Shown one piece after another: positions 53,383 through 64,000 of a stretch of 64,000 nucleotides of DNA; the stretch's first letter is position 1; each line of letters opens with the position of its first letter. This stretch comes from an uncultured Planctomycetota bacterium (GTDB taxonomy: Bacteria > Planctomycetota > Planctomycetia > Isosphaerales > Isosphaeraceae), in NCBI GenBank assembly GCA_963823665.1, contig CAWGMQ010000004.1:1920001-1984000 (forward strand), written 5' to 3'. The translations under genes were made by a program, and so were the position numbers. The notes beneath the pieces were generated by a model. The model ran no database searches, had not been told where the DNA came from, and saw only the letters and a list, made by a program, of their open reading frames with translations.

Positions 53383-56300
53383 ATGAAGTCTTGGGGGGGG
53401 CGGGCCATGGATGGTCGACGAAAATTCCTCGTGATGCGGTTCGTCCTCGTCATCGGGCTGCTTGGTGCCTGCCCGTTTTGGTCGCGCGCCGACGGCCTCG
53501 AAGGTCTCACACAGTTCTTCAAAGGCGACGATGAGCCTCTCACCTTGAAAGAAGTTGCCTACCAGGTCGACTGTATCGAGGGGAAATTAGCGCATGCAGG
53601 TACGATCGGGGTCAAGATACCCGACGTCTGGGGCCAGAACCGGATGACCCGGTACCGGGCCGAGTTCGAGCTCCAGATGGCTCAGAACCTCGGCCAGTTT
53701 CAGCTCATCCTGCAAGGGGCGCAGAGGCGGTCAGATACCGCCGTCCTGACCAGCGCCACTTCGCTGGCGGCGACGGTCGCGGCGGCGGGGACGGCCGCCC
53801 CGAGACGCGGGTTGGTGGGCTCGTCCAAACCCGCGCCGACCATCATCCCCGCCAGCACGGCCCTGCCGATTAGCGCAGCCCTGCCCACTGCCGTAGGGAC
53901 AACGCCCCTGCCGACCATCAACATCAACACGGGCGGCAGCGGCTCGTCTTCGAGCGGCGGTGGATCGGGTTCCTCCGCGGGCGGAAGCTCGAGCTCGGCG
54001 GCCTCATCGGCCGCGTCAGCCACTGACCCGACTGCGCTGCTGAGCGATATCAGCGCGAAGCTCGCCGCTCTTCAATAGGGGCTCCTCCAGTTGCCCCCGA
54101 ACATCAACAACTTCGTCACGACGACAGGGCAGACCGGGGTCGGGATCGAACCGACGATCCAGCTCGACGAACAACAGACTTACATAAACCACCTGCACCA
54201 GCTTAGAAGGGTCAATGGCGGCGACGATAGCTCCGACATGGCTGGCTACGGCCTCTACCTGCTGCGCATGCCCATCACGGTGATGCCGGGGCCCGCGTCG
54301 CGCAAAGGGAAGGGCGCAATTGTAACCTTGGAGGCTCGGCACGAGCTCACGGACGACCTTCTCGAAAACACGCTCCGCGACGTCGTCATTCTCGACGCGA
54401 CCTATGCGCTGACCCAGGTACTCAACGACGAGCTGCACAGCCATATTTGCCTCAAATGCATCGCGGCCAAGAAAAAGGGAAGCGCTGCTCATGCGCATGC
54501 GCCAGCTCGTGCCGGCCAGCAGATTAACCAGGGCGCTCAGATGATCCCAGATGTGGACGAGATCGACGACGATGACTGTTCCGACGAAGACGAGGACGAT
54601 TTGCTCGACGCCGAGCAGCGCTCCCTGATCGGAGGCTTGAAGACTGGCGCCGGGCCAAACTCGGTGAGGCTCGGCGACCTGCGAATCATTCTCGGATCCA
54701 CCTGTTGGCCGGCACCCCTCCACAGCGCTGAGGGAGAAGCAGCGCCGCAAGAGAAGACGAAGAAATTCGAGGTACCGAAACCGGGCGTACTGCCCGGGCC
54801 AAAGGAACTCGAGCCGCCGAAGCCGGAAAATCAGCCGAAGAAGACCTGGTCCGACCCCCGAAGCAGAACTAAGTCCCCCGCTTCGGCCGAAGTGATCCAA
54901 ACGAGTTATCAAGGAGCTCGCGCCGCGCGTCCGCGCTGGAGCGCGTTGCTGCCAATCGCGTTGCGAGGCCCAAATAACCGGCTCAAGATTCTCTACAGTG
55001 CGATCAACCGGGCGCAGCAGGACCCCTACCGGCACGACCCCTCCACCCTGTCGCTGCTGCGCGCGGCACTTCTCGACACGTACTTCTTCATGCAGACGAA
55101 TGCACAGAAAACGCCGCTGTTCCAGGCCGAAAGAATCAGGACCCTCGGCGAGCTCTATCTTCAGAGGAATTACAAGCTGTTGATCCAGGAACGGGAAAGG
55201 TTCTTGAAAGAGCTCGTGGCCTGGCGGAACGGGTACCCGCCAGGACAGTATCCGGGCCCGTGGGACCGGGACTCAACGCTCTGGGAGAGACAGTTGAGCG
55301 CAACCGACATCCTGGCGTTCCTTTTGGAGATTCAGTTTTACGCCGTCGACCACTGCCTCAAGGATGACATGACGAACGTGGCCACTCAACAGAAATTGCC
55401 GTGTGGCGAGCTGGAACAGCTCATCTTCTATGACTTCGAGCCGAGACCTGACGAGCAGGCGGCCTTCAAGGACTACGTTGCGCAAGTGGCCCCTCAAGAT
55501 CTATTCCGTCGATCCGGTAATCAATCAGCAGAACGTGCTCGACGCGTTCAGCCGGCGCAGCGAGCTGCAACTGGCGCTGGCGGCGTCTGTCGCGGCCGGG
55601 AAGGTCAGCATCAAGAATGCGACGTCCTACGCCCGGCAGCTCGACCTGGATCTGGAGACAGTCGGTTTGAATCGCACGGCCGTCGGATTCGGGGCGGGCG
55701 AGACGACCTTCGGCTGGATGTTCTACCCGAGGGTCCAGACTCCTCCCACACAAAGCAATCCCAGGCGGATTGCCGGCCTCCTCTACTGGAACGGAACTCC
55801 ACCGGACTACGAGCTCAAGAACCGCCGCATCGAACCCGGGCAGCAGGAGTGCATCGCACTCATCGTGGCCCCGAACTTCATTCCGTCGATCGGATTGTCG
55901 ACCGTCGCCAACTGGTTCGACATCACGAACTGCCATGCGGCCAAGAATCTGAGCAACCGCGACATGCTGGATTACAGCCACAAGCTGCAAAGGGCCCAGA
56001 ACGCACTGGCCCGGATCTGCGACTCGCGGGAATACCGGCAGAGTGACCTGACTAGCTTGACCCGGCGGGTGAAGCAGCTCTCCGAGCTCTTGCCAACTCA
56101 GGACTATCGCGTGTGCCTTCCCGACGAAGGAGATCTGCTGGGCTCGGAAATCTTCAGCGATAACGCCGCGGGCCTGGCTCCCTCGCTCTTGGCGTGGTAT
56201 GGAGAGCACCCGCAGGAGGGCCAGAATTCCACGATCTTCTTGATGGGTCGCGGCTTCAACGTCATCGAGACGCAGGTCGTCGCCGGCGGCGTCGACGTGC

Positions 56301-57163
56301 CGGAGGCCCAGCGCCGGCTCATCAGCCGAAACGTCATGGAGATCATCATTCCGGCAAACGCCCGGATCGTCAAACACAAGTGCGCAGTCCCGGAGGAAGA
56401 GGACGACGAGGACGAGCCCGACCCCGGCGCGAACCCGAACCCCAACCCGGCGCTTCCCTTGAACCCGAAGCCGGCGAAGAAGAAGAAGGCGAAGACGTGC
56501 GGTTGGGCGATGATCGACGTCCACATCGCCACGCCAAACGGAATCTCCAACCACCTTTACGTCGAGACCGACGCCAAACAGACCCCCGAAGCGGTCAAGA
56601 ACGTCGTCATGACCGCGACCACGACCACAACAGGTGACCCGGCGCAGCACCGGACAACCACATCCACCCGCGTCGAGACCACCCCACCGGGACTCGCTCT
56701 TCCGCCTCTGACCGTGCTTCCGCTCGGCACCCAGTGGCCGGCGAACACCGTGATGGCCCAAGGCTCCGTCACCGGCGCACCGGCAGGCTCAGTGTTCCCC
56801 GGAATGGTCAACACCCCAGCGCCGGCTGCGCCGATCCCGCCTCCCGTCCTCGACACGACGGCGCCACCCGCCCCGTCGGTGCCATCGACGCCGGCCCCCA
56901 GTCCTCCGACGGCCCCTTCGATCGCACCGGAGGGTATCGTGCAGCCACCGCAAAAGCAGCCCGACGCGCCTGTCGACATGCGGCCCGCCGGCAGCCCTGC
57001 CCCCGAACCAACGACTTCCCTGCCTCGGGCATCCACCGCAACGAGGCTCTCGCAATCCGTGAAACCGGCACAGCCTCCACGAGTTGGGTACGATGAGGCC
57101 GTCAGTCCAGCGCGGTTCGCGGGTGAAAGACGGGCAACCACACCCATCCCCCCGCCGAGATGA
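53383..57163 (+). CDS. Large exported hypothetical protein (~1260 aa; in-frame TAG at 54076-54078, frameshift ~55480)
   Basis: Three ORFs join into one; hydrophobic N-terminus, Ser/Gly-rich, acidic and Pro-rich tracts. Confidence 0.7.
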
Positions 57164-57579
57164 GCCGCGGTTTCACCCCCGGGACAGCAGATTCGCGGGA
57201 CGGCGCCCAGTCCGACAAACACGGAAACGCGCATGCCTCCCATGACGTTGCGCTCGACTCCGCCCGCGCCGGCGCCAAAAGCAGCGGCCCGACCCGATGG
57301 TGCTCCATCAACGGCGAAGCCGGCAACGACCAAACCACCGGCCAGACGCTCTATTCTCGAGCGGCTTGGACTGAAAGAACGCTAAATCGCGTGCACGATT
57401 TGGAGACTTGTGCGGCTGGCACTCGCCGCGACGAGTGCTGGCGTAAGTGCCGAAAATAACGACCTGACGGTGCCCCAAGCGCGAAAAGGCCACTTACGAA
57501 GCGCAGACCCCCTCGTTCGATCATGCACCCGGAGCGGCGCCCGGCACCGACGTGATTGCCGCAACAGTGGCACAAAAAC

Positions 57580-58608
57580 ATGATAAAATGGACTGCGTTC
57601 AACCTTCAGGTCGTTCGGTTCCGCGGCTCCGTTTTGGACTGTATCGATGAGCTCATTGGCCTTAGTCATCATTGCGATACTCTTCGCGCACAAGCAGCCC
57701 CTGAAACGCAGTTGCAAGTCAAGCACGAGGGTGGGTATCAGCACGGCTATTACCGCGATCCGAACGCAAACATCAAGCGGCGTTTCTTCGCCGTCAAAGT
57801 CAGCGCAACACCACCGATGATTCCTGCGGCCGCCATTCGGCTTGGTTGGAGCGCAGGCCTTAGCGCGTTCAGATCAGGAAGGACGCTCGTCGACCCTGGT
57901 GTTTTCAGGTTCGTGGAGCTCAAGCCAGGCGACACGCTCGTCTTGGGCGTCTACAGCAACGACGCGCAGGATGATACTTGGTTCGCCGTTCGCCGGGTGA
58001 GTGAGCCTGAACCTTTTGAGATCTATACCCACGACTTGAATCACCGTACATCTACCAAGATTGCCGGCGATTCCGTGCAACTTTCCACATCCGGCCAGAT
58101 CTGGTTCCGAGTTTATTTGTTCGACGACGAGGTGCGGTTCGCTTTTTTGCCCGACAATCCGGTAGGTCATGGGTCCTTTCGCCTTGCTGGAAAATATTAC
58201 ACCGAGCCGATCAAGGCCTCGGGCGAACAGTTCTCGTACCTGGCAGTCATGGTCCAAGGCGACTTCAACCCTAAGGTCGCTTCGGAGGCGAGAGACATGG
58301 CTGTGGAGATAGCCCAGAGACACCGAATTTCGCTCGCCAATCCGGGCTTGCCGCAAGAATTCGTCCGGCTCGACCGTCGCTATCTGGTCGTCATCGCTTT
58401 TGACGCGGCGCGTAACGCGTCCGAATGGATCGCCGTCAAGTTCCTGCCGGACGGATCCGCCCAGACCATGAAGCCGGACGGGTCTCTGGAAACCAGGGTC
58501 GATTTCGCTTTTCCCCACGAGGCCCAGCTCGGCGGCTTCCGCATTCCATTCGCCTTTCAAGTGCGCCCAGACTTCGAGCTGAGCTACTCAGTCGGGTTCC
58601 CCCACTGA
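57580..58608 (+). CDS. Hypothetical protein, possibly secreted (start uncertain)
   Basis: Long ORF; another frame near 57647 encodes signal-like MSSLALVIIAILFA. Confidence 0.6.
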   Translation: MIKWTAFNLQVVRFRGSVLDCIDELIGLSHHCDTLRAQAAPETQLQVKHEGGYQHGYYRDPNANIKRRFFAVKVSATPPMIPAAAIRLGWSAGLSAFRSGRTLVDPGVFRFVELKPGDTLVLGVYSNDAQDDTWFAVRRVSEPEPFEIYTHDLNHRTSTKIAGDSVQLSTSGQIWFRVYLFDDEVRFAFLPDNPVGHGSFRLAGKYYTEPIKASGEQFSYLAVMVQGDFNPKVASEARDMAVEIAQRHRISLANPGLPQEFVRLDRRYLVVIAFDAARNASEWIAVKFLPDGSAQTMKPDGSLETRVDFAFPHEAQLGGFRIPFAFQVRPDFELSYSVGFPH

Positions 58609-58659
58609 GCGGACGCGGGGGTAGTGGCTTCGCCAGGTTCCGTCGCATCTTGGCACTCA

Positions 58660-59610
58660 TCAAATCCCGAACGAGCGAGCCAGAATGCCGGGCGTTACCT
58701 GGCCGAACGTATGACTCTTGCCGGTTTCGATGTTCTGGAAGGTGATTTCGGCCGGGCTGAACAGGTGGGGGTCGACGGCGTAGAAATCGTGGTTATACCG
58801 GGCGAAGATCGCCGCAAACGGCTCACCGTGGTCTCGTGAGGCCGACGAAGGCACGTCAGGACCGATCGCCTCCAGACTGGCGTCGTCACCGGTGACGGAC
58901 AGAATCACCCGTGCCCCGTACAGAATGGCGTCATTGGTGCGTCCGATGGCGGCCAGGTCGTTTGCGGCAACCGGCGGCAGCGGAGCCGTCCCGAAGGCCG
59001 ACACGATCCGTGTGAGATCGAACTTCAGCTCGGCCAGCTTGTGCAATGCTGTCTCCACCGACCGGGCGACGATTTGAAGACCGCCCGCAAGACTGGCCGT
59101 CGGGGCAGCCAGTAGCGTCACCGCCGCGGTTGGAGCGCGGCAGGCCTCCGCGATCTTGCTCACAATCGCCGCCGGCGGCGGCTTTCGTGTCTCCAGCACG
59201 CCGATGACCTTCTCGGTGGTCTCGCGAAATCCGATCACGTCGAAAATCGCCTCGTTCCCCGCCGCCGCCCGCATCGGGCCCGACCCCATCGCGAAGAACT
59301 TTCCCTCCTTGAGCGCCCAGCCCGCGTATTGGCTCGCCAGGCACGCGCGAACCGGGTGGTCCGTGATGACCTGAACCAGCGGGATGGCCCTCTCCCCCAG
59401 CTCACCAGGCACGATCGAGACGCGCCCCAGCCCGCCCAGACAAATCCGCGCCAGCTCGATCCCCGCAAGAAGCCCGCCCTTGACTTCGATACCGCAGTCG
59501 ACGAATCGCCCACCACCTTCGATTGAATGCACTGCCACGCGGTATTCACCAGCATCCGCCAGCAATGTTTCCGCGACCAGGATCCCATTTCCGTTTAACG
59601 TCATCTTCAC
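58660..59610 (-). CDS. mch: Methenyltetrahydromethanopterin cyclohydrolase
   Basis: ACLASQYAGW, MGSGPMRA, QIVARSVETALHK, IGRTNDAILYG, DFYAVDPHLFSPA. Confidence 0.96.
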   Translation of the reverse strand: MKMTLNGNGILVAETLLADAGEYRVAVHSIEGGGRFVDCGIEVKGGLLAGIELARICLGGLGRVSIVPGELGERAIPLVQVITDHPVRACLASQYAGWALKEGKFFAMGSGPMRAAAGNEAIFDVIGFRETTEKVIGVLETRKPPPAAIVSKIAEACRAPTAAVTLLAAPTASLAGGLQIVARSVETALHKLAELKFDLTRIVSAFGTAPLPPVAANDLAAIGRTNDAILYGARVILSVTGDDASLEAIGPDVPSSASRDHGEPFAAIFARYNHDFYAVDPHLFSPAEITFQNIETGKSHTFGQVTPGILARSFGI

Positions 59611-59723
59611 GCTCGCGTCGAATTCAGCCGGTCCGACCGGGCCGATCCTATCTCCCAGTCGGTTTGTGCACGATCTGAATTATAGCCGCTCGGAAGTGCT
59701 GGGACAGACGCGAGAGCGCAATC

Positions 59724-60675
59724 TCACTGACCTGCCGGATACCGGCTGACCACATCATGCAACCGGATGTGAAACGGCCCAAGCTTGCCCGCCGTAGTTG
59801 CCTGAGGTGATAAGGCAAAGAGACTCTTCGTGCAGCTTGGCCGCATGCACTCCAGCCGCCGTGGCTCGCTCGACTGCCTCCAGTGTCAGACCGTCGATGA
59901 CAATCTCATACGCGCAGCGGGCCTCTGTCGGCATCTCGGTCGGTACGACGCCCCGTAGGGTCGGCGCATACGCCGTATTCGTGCTCGCGCGCAGCGACTT
60001 GTACTTGCTCCCGACCTTCGAGCCCGACCGCGCCATGCCGCCGGGAAACGGCAGGATCACGTCTCGGCAGTGCTTCATCGCCACAACAGCCGCTTCAGCA
60101 GCCGCCAGGGTCGCCGCCGGCTCTTTTCCCATGAGGATGATGTTCCCGCCCGCCACGCCCTTGACCGTGCCAAAGATCTCCTCGCAGAGGAATTCACCGT
60201 CCATCACCGGAATGCGCCAGTAGCGTCTGGGGCCGAGCTTCTTCGAGATCTGCCAGCCGTCGCCGAAGTAGCGTAACTTGCCGCCCACGCTGATGGTCTT
60301 CTCGCCGACGGGCAAACCGTTGTAACACGCAGTCGTCGGGCAGGTCATCACGCACTGGCCGACTCGGTTGGCAACGGCCTTCTCCAGCGCATCCCGGCTG
60401 AATGCGAAGACGAGCAGGCTGACTCCCGGCCGGCCGTCGGGCGTTTCGTCGGGCTCGAGCATACGCTCGACGCCCGCCTCGGCATCGCAGGAGATCACGC
60501 TCGTCGCATAGCCGGTCGTCGTCTGACCGGCGATCGCGGCCCAGGCCGGGCTCTCGGCCGTCACGATCAGCCGGGCAGCCGTCATCGGAAATGCCTCGGC
60601 GAACGTGTCCTTGATCGAGAAGCTCGCGTCTTGCGCTGTGGCGACGGGCGTCGTTTCTGTCATCGGCATCATCAT
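59724..60675 (-). CDS. fhcD: Formylmethanofuran-H4MPT formyltransferase (frameshift ~59790; corrected end GNYGGKLGPFH...)
   Basis: DTFAEAF, CDAEAG, TPDGRPG, RVGQCVMTCPTTA, LRYFGDGWQ, RSGSKVGSKY, YEIVIDG. Confidence 0.95.
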
Positions 60676-60773
60676 CCGCGATCAATTACTTGAAAGGAAA
60701 AGGGGCTGGCACTCCCGGCGGGAACATTGAACACTGTATTGTGCATCAACGATCCGTTCTTCGCGAGGCCCCC

Positions 60774-61853
60774 ATGCGAACCATTCTCTGCTTCGTCGTG
60801 GCCGCTGCATGCCTCACGCTCCTGCCGAATCCGGCTCCGGGGCAAGACAAACCCAAGCTGCAGGCGTTGAACGGCTTCATGTTCAAGGGTGTCTTTACCG
60901 AGCTCGACCCCGAACAAGCCAGGCGCAGACTGTCTCTGGCTGATATCGAAGGTCTCCACTTCGACGGTAAGTCGACGGACATCAACAATATCCTGAACCT
61001 CATGGCCCGTACCGAGAAGATGAAAGCCCGGATCGACGAGCCGCTCGAAGTGCGCGGCGAGATCCCGCTCACGCTGCCGCCCAATACAACGGGAAACGAG
61101 GCATACACCACGTGCTACTACGCGTTCAATCTGAACGGACTGGTCGTGGCCGGCAGCGGCGATCAACTGCTCCTCATCCGGCCCGAAACCCGCCGCGAGG
61201 CACCACTCCTGGAACGAACGTGGAATCGCGAAAATGTCCTGCCGATCCGCCTTTTCCGGCTGGGATACCTGCGGTCAGACCCGATCCTTGCCCAGTACAA
61301 GGACAAGCTCGGGACGAAGGCCGGTCGCGCCATCCTCGAGTCCAAGTCGAACATGGTGATCGTCGCCGACAAAGCCTCTTCACTCGAGAAGCTAGAGCGT
61401 TACATCGACATGGAGACACTCGAGGCGATGGGGGTGCCCGCGGCAGCCGGACGCACCCCAGCCGACGGCCTGCGACCCCCAACCTTGGGCGCCATCGCCG
61501 CCCGCGACCACCTTCACTTCTACCTCATGGCGTTCGCCCGGATGAGCCGGATTGCAATGAGCGGATCGAAGCAGAATGGCGTCTTCGACAGACATTACCC
61601 CGAAGCCGATGTTTGGATCGGTGAACAAGGCTATCGCGCGCTCGAAAATGAGTACAAGCGAATCAACGAATACTTCCAGCTCGCCCGCACGAACCGCAGC
61701 CAGGATTGGCCTGTTCCGAACGACGAGCGCACCCTATCGCCCGCCGAGCAAAGCAGGCTCGAGATCCGCTTCGGCGTCATCAATCCCGAACCTGAGAATG
61801 CAACCACGCCGAAAAAGAAGTCAACCACAGCAAAGCGGAAGCGACGGTCCTGA
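60774..61853 (+). CDS. Secreted protein with GspD/secretin N0-N1-like domains but no secretin barrel
   Basis: Signal peptide; DINNILNLMA...IDEPLEVRGEI...EAY...LNGLVV (N0-like); IRLFRLGYL...SNMVIVAD (N1-like). Confidence 0.6.
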   Translation: MRTILCFVVAAACLTLLPNPAPGQDKPKLQALNGFMFKGVFTELDPEQARRRLSLADIEGLHFDGKSTDINNILNLMARTEKMKARIDEPLEVRGEIPLTLPPNTTGNEAYTTCYYAFNLNGLVVAGSGDQLLLIRPETRREAPLLERTWNRENVLPIRLFRLGYLRSDPILAQYKDKLGTKAGRAILESKSNMVIVADKASSLEKLERYIDMETLEAMGVPAAAGRTPADGLRPPTLGAIAARDHLHFYLMAFARMSRIAMSGSKQNGVFDRHYPEADVWIGEQGYRALENEYKRINEYFQLARTNRSQDWPVPNDERTLSPAEQSRLEIRFGVINPEPENATTPKKKSTTAKRKRRS

Positions 61854-61856
61854 CTC

Positions 61857-63069
61857 TCACCGATCCACCGGCACAGGTTGCTCGAGCGCCCGCTCCACGA
61901 CTTCCTGGATGACGACGCCCGGGCGCTCGTGCTCGACGATGGCGCGGTCGAAGTTTCTGTCCCAGATGCACAGAATCCGCTGGAAATGCTCGGCCAGAAA
62001 CGGGATGAGCTGCGCGGCGAACGAGTCACGGAATAGCACCGCACGCGGTAGCTCGGCATCCGTCCGCTCGGTGGCGACGGTGAGCTCCGGGTAAGCACAC
62101 CGCGCTGCCATCACAAACCGCTCGTCGGTGTGCCGAAAATGCCAGCCAGTTCTCGGCACGAGCGTCAGTCGCTCTTCCGGAAGGCGATCGGCGATTCCGA
62201 GCATTCGCGCCAGGTCGCCGCCGGGACCGTTTACCACCACGTTGCGAAACTCCGAACGCGGCACGGCGCAAGCGGTGGGAAACCGAGCTCGCAAGCGCTT
62301 GCATGATCCGCTCGTAGCCGACATAGCCTCCCCTTGCGTTCCAGTGACTGTCCGTCATGTCGTAAACCCGTTCGACCTGCTTGGCTCGCAACAGGTCTTG
62401 CCGGATATCCAGGATCGAGACGCTTGAATGATCTCTCATGTAATCCAGAAGCTGATCGAGGCGCGACCGCGAATTCACCTTGTTGTAAGCAGCGGGCATG
62501 AATTCCGGATAAATGGTGTCCTTGTTCGGCAGGATGATCATGAGATACGGAATCCCCCGCGTAGCTAGCCAGTCGCGCCTCGACTCGAGGGTTTGCCGGT
62601 ACGCTTCCAGCTCTGCGGGCGTGAATGGACGCGCGGCCCGGTACGACATCAAGGCAGACTCGCTCGCGAAATACAACCAGCCTTTTGAAGCGAGCGTCAC
62701 CGTGGGCGTCGAGCTCACTCCGAGACCACGCACCTTCGCAACCGCGAGCCAGTAGATCAGCCGTTTGCGGAAGCCGAAATGATCGTTGAAGTAAGCCTCG
62801 AACCGACCCGATAACGCCCCGAGCGTTCGGCGATCCAGCTCGAGCACGGGCCGTGCGGCCAGGTTCCGGTTTTCTTCCAGCACAAAACCTCGATCGAGCC
62901 CGAGGACCAGGCCCAAAAGCGGCAAGCAAATCATGATGACAAACACGGCAATGAGCATCCTGTCGCCGGTGCGCGAGCCGCTCGAACGCTGCGGCAACGC
63001 AGCAGCCTTTCGGAAGATCTCCGAGGGCCTGCGCCTGCTTTCTTCCTTGAGACGCGCCCTTGGAATCAT
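61857..63069 (-). CDS. algJ: AlgJ/AlgX-like O-acetyltransferase (frameshift ~62290)
   Basis: EENRNLA, FNDHFGFR, PNKDTIYPEFMP, TDSHWN, FRDSF. Confidence 0.8.
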
Positions 63070-63070
63070 C

Positions 63071-64000
63071 TCAAAATCGGAAGTAAATGAATGGGTTGTG
63101 AGTCCCCGCAGCCAGAAGCATGGCCGAGGCCAGAAGCAACAGCGAATGCCCGGCCACGTCGGCCATCGCAAAACCTGCGTTGAGCACCGCCCGGAGAAGG
63201 CCGGGCGCCCCTGCAACCACGGCGTCTCTTACTCGCACGAATACAGGCAGTACCGGCCAGGAGCCGATCGCGCCGGCGCAGAGAGCCAGAACCAGTTGGG
63301 CGTCGACGTAGAGTCCAACGTGGTACTCGAGCCCCGAGCCGATGCCCAGTCCGGCCATCGCCTTGAGGAACGCCGCCGCCTGCGCCACGGTGTCGGCCCG
63401 GAAGAGCACCCAGCCGATAGCAACGACGAGCAGCGTGTAGAGATGCTTCACGGGCGACCAGAGCGATTCGATCACCCGCCCTGGCTTCATCCGCTCGAGA
63501 ACCAGGAATGCCCCGTGAAACAGCCCCCAGGCCGCAAACGTCCAGCTCGCGCCGTGCCAGAGCCCGCACAGGAAAAAAACGATCACCAGATTGAAATAAT
63601 TCCGCGCTCGCCCACACCGATTGCCTCCCAGCGGAATATACAGATAGTCACGAAACCAGCTCGAAAGGGAGATGTGCCACCGCCGCCAGAAATCGGTAAT
63701 CGAGCCCGCCGAGTAGGGATAGTTGAAGTTCTCCAGGAAGTCGATGCCGAACAGCTTGGCCAGCCCGATGGCCATGTCCGAGTATCCTGAAAAATCAAAA
63801 TAGATTTGGAGCGTGTAGCAGACGACCCCCAGCCATGCCAGGCTGAAGTTCAGCTCGCGGCCCGGCAGTGCAAAGATGGCATCGGCCGCGACCGCGACCG
63901 TGTTCGCCACCAGCATCTTCTTGGCCAGCCCGATGATGAACCGCCGGATCCCCTCGGCAAATCCCACCGTTGTAACCACCCGGCGTGCGATCTGGCCCGC
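63071..64000 (-). CDS. algI: AlgI-like MBOAT O-acyltransferase (5' part outside window)
   Basis: QIYFDFSGYSDMAIG, FWRRWHISLSSWFRDYLYIPLGG, GLWHGA, FIYFRF. Confidence 0.92.
   Translation of the reverse strand, partial: AGQIARRVVTTVGFAEGIRRFIIGLAKKMLVANTVAVAADAIFALPGRELNFSLAWLGVVCYTLQIYFDFSGYSDMAIGLAKLFGIDFLENFNYPYSAGSITDFWRRWHISLSSWFRDYLYIPLGGNRCGRARNYFNLVIVFFLCGLWHGASWTFAAWGLFHGAFLVLERMKPGRVIESLWSPVKHLYTLLVVAIGWVLFRADTVAQAAAFLKAMAGLGIGSGLEYHVGLYVDAQLVLALCAGAIGSWPVLPVFVRVRDAVVAGAPGLLRAVLNAGFAMADVAGHSLLLLASAMLLAAGTHNPFIYFRF

Overview
High-GC bacterial DNA, very likely a planctomycete: it has a DUF1549/DUF1553 + DUF1501 pair, an extended ECF sigma factor, Uma2, and H4MPT/methanofuran C1 genes. 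Many single-base frameshifts, even in sucA, sucB, lpdA and fhcD, point to an indel-prone long-read assembly. Layout: (1) 1-5125 sucA-sucB-lpdA; (2) a six-unit ~82 bp double-hairpin repeat and tRNA-Ser(GCT); (3) a ~27 kb tRNA-anchored accessory/defence island (~5.8-33.4 kb) with no visible integrase; (4) 34-41 kb ordinary planctomycete genes; (5) 41-61 kb H4MPT/methanofuran C1 cluster interrupted by two secreted Hint-domain paralogues (one apparently active, one dead) and other unknown genes; (6) algJ-algI. The island holds a stand-alone R-S-E ADP-ribosyltransferase-like gene, IetAS, a HEPN + unknown partner pair, HigBA, a restriction endonuclease-TPR-Hint fusion, DUF433/PIN, an aspartyl-protease pair, Fic and a catalytically dead SRAP. 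Strongest novelty candidates: (a) two att-like copies of the tRNA 3' end, each next to a conserved short peptide-coding tail, that delimit integrase-less defence cassettes; (b) a duplicated regulator module with swapped N-termini, a structurally conserved RBS-sequestering pseudoknot and direct-repeat sites; (c) the nuclease-TPR-Hint fusion. All family assignments come from motif recognition by eye; no database was searched.
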